64,000 nt of DNA from Candidatus Cloacimonadales bacterium (GTDB lineage: Bacteria > Cloacimonadota > Cloacimonadia > Cloacimonadales > JAFGVF01), in NCBI GenBank assembly GCA_963662585.1, contig OY759729.1, positions 2,240,001-2,304,000 on the forward strand. The letters run 5' to 3'. A program made the translations under genes and the position numbers. This document shows positions 63,037 to 64,000 of this stretch, one piece after another. The notes under the pieces were generated by a model, which was given only the letters and a program-made list of their open reading frames with translations, did not search any database and was not told where the DNA came from. Each line of letters starts with the position of its first letter. Within the stretch, counting starts at the first letter, position 1.

Positions 63037-63190
63037 ACTAAAATCACATTGATAATCAATGTATTGCTAAAATCTTAAAATATGCTTTTCTTGTCAAGAA
63101 TAATTTTAAATATTTTCTAAATCTTTAGGAATACTAGAATCATAATGCCATAAATGAGAAAGAAAGCAAGTTCCTAAGAACTTTGTTTTC

Positions 63191-63218
63191 AGACTGGAGG
63201 CAGAGAGGCCTCCAGTCT
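63191..63218 (-). terminator. Hairpin downstream of the GH57 gene
   Basis: AGACTGGAGGC...GCCTCCAGTCT, an 11-bp stem; no clear U-tract on the minus strand. Confidence 0.5.
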
Positions 63219-63251
63219 ATTAGCTTTTTCTTTTATAACATTAAGTATATT

Positions 63252-64000
63252 TTACAGTCTCTCTTCTAAATCCGCTAAAGCATTAATAAAGTAGATGTAA
63301 GCTTGATCAGGAGAGTCATAAGGTGAGAAATATTTATGCACATCGCCGTCATTAAAATACTTAGTACACATATAGTAGAAATGGTCAGAAGTAGTAAGTT
63401 TTCTAGCTATTTCGATAAGTTGGGGATCACCTTTAGCTAAAACTCTGTCATAGAGTTCATAGAGTGTTTCAATAGCATTATGTTGCATATCGTTCTCCAG
63501 CCAGGCAGATAGATCTCTCTCTTCGTCAGCCCATGAGACAGCTTGTGGGAAGGCGAGAGGTTCTTGCTGGTAATTGGCTATTTTAGCTGCGTCTTTGGGA
63601 TTAGCAAAACCTAAGTGAGGGTACTTTAATACTTCTTCAGGGAGTTTTTCTAAAAAGTCAAATATCCCTGTTTCTGCCCATTGATGTTCCCCGAAGGTTT
63701 CATAATCCATAAAGAGATTAAGGAATTGATTCTTGTTATTATCGTTCTTCCAAGTAAGTTGGTCAATCCACTTAATAAATTTTTCTGTTGTAAGTGGGTA
63801 TTGAGACCAGTTTTTATCTGAGAATCTAAAAGCAATATCATCAGAAAGCTGGTAAGATTTAAGGAGGAGATTCATGGTTCTGGCATAATTTTTGTAGGCA
63901 TAAAGAGGTGTTCTCCACTTCAAAACTCTTTTAACACCTTCTGTGATAATAGTATCGAACTGGCCAGTTTCATAGACTAAATCAGAAACTCTATCTTGAT
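63252..64000 (-). CDS. Glycoside hydrolase family 57 (alpha-amylase-like), 5' truncated by window
   Basis: LSDDIAFRFS, FMDYETFGEHQW.ETGIF.FL, SWAD.ERDLSAWL.N.MQ, TSDHFYYMCTK; frame stays open from 63923 to the window end. Confidence 0.92.
   Translation of the reverse strand, partial: QDRVSDLVYETGQFDTIITEGVKRVLKWRTPLYAYKNYARTMNLLLKSYQLSDDIAFRFSDKNWSQYPLTTEKFIKWIDQLTWKNDNNKNQFLNLFMDYETFGEHQWAETGIFDFLEKLPEEVLKYPHLGFANPKDAAKIANYQQEPLAFPQAVSWADEERDLSAWLENDMQHNAIETLYELYDRVLAKGDPQLIEIARKLTTSDHFYYMCTKYFNDGDVHKYFSPYDSPDQAYIYFINALADLEERL

Overview
AT-rich bacterial chromosome segment. The FlgD/T9SS-type C-terminal domains, C25 peptidases and amino-acid fermentation genes suggest Candidatus Cloacimonadota or a related FCB lineage; this is inference, not proven. 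In order: (1) 3' end of an IS1182-family element that sits inside a REP palindrome. (2) A ~18 kb surface-protein cluster: a small duplicated-domain protein, a T9SS-CTD protein, a REP-associated tyrosine transposase (RAYT) with its REP arrays, and two ~2000-2300 aa paralogous mosaic proteins that lack a T9SS CTD. (3) ispF, proS, a 6 x 265/266 bp tandem array, cinA/pncC, purD. (4) A porU-like/porV-like pair followed by SLBB and Wzc polysaccharide-export genes. (5) A housekeeping run from ispE to ffh. (6) A kal-crt-hbd-bcd-etfBA lysine/butyrate operon. (7) An aldolase, three more T9SS cargo genes, a hisC-like gene, a direct-repeat-bounded non-coding kilobase, a PPIase, four tRNAs and a partial GH57 gene. 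The most unusual signal is non-coding. The long structured leaders of the two giant genes display CACCAC in hairpin loops, and the predicted 5' end of the upstream operon transcript (GUAGUGGUGUGGUGAC) is complementary to them, up to 14 contiguous bp. This suggests RNA-RNA coupling within a protease-matured modular surface system. All calls come from reading the sequence; no searches were run.
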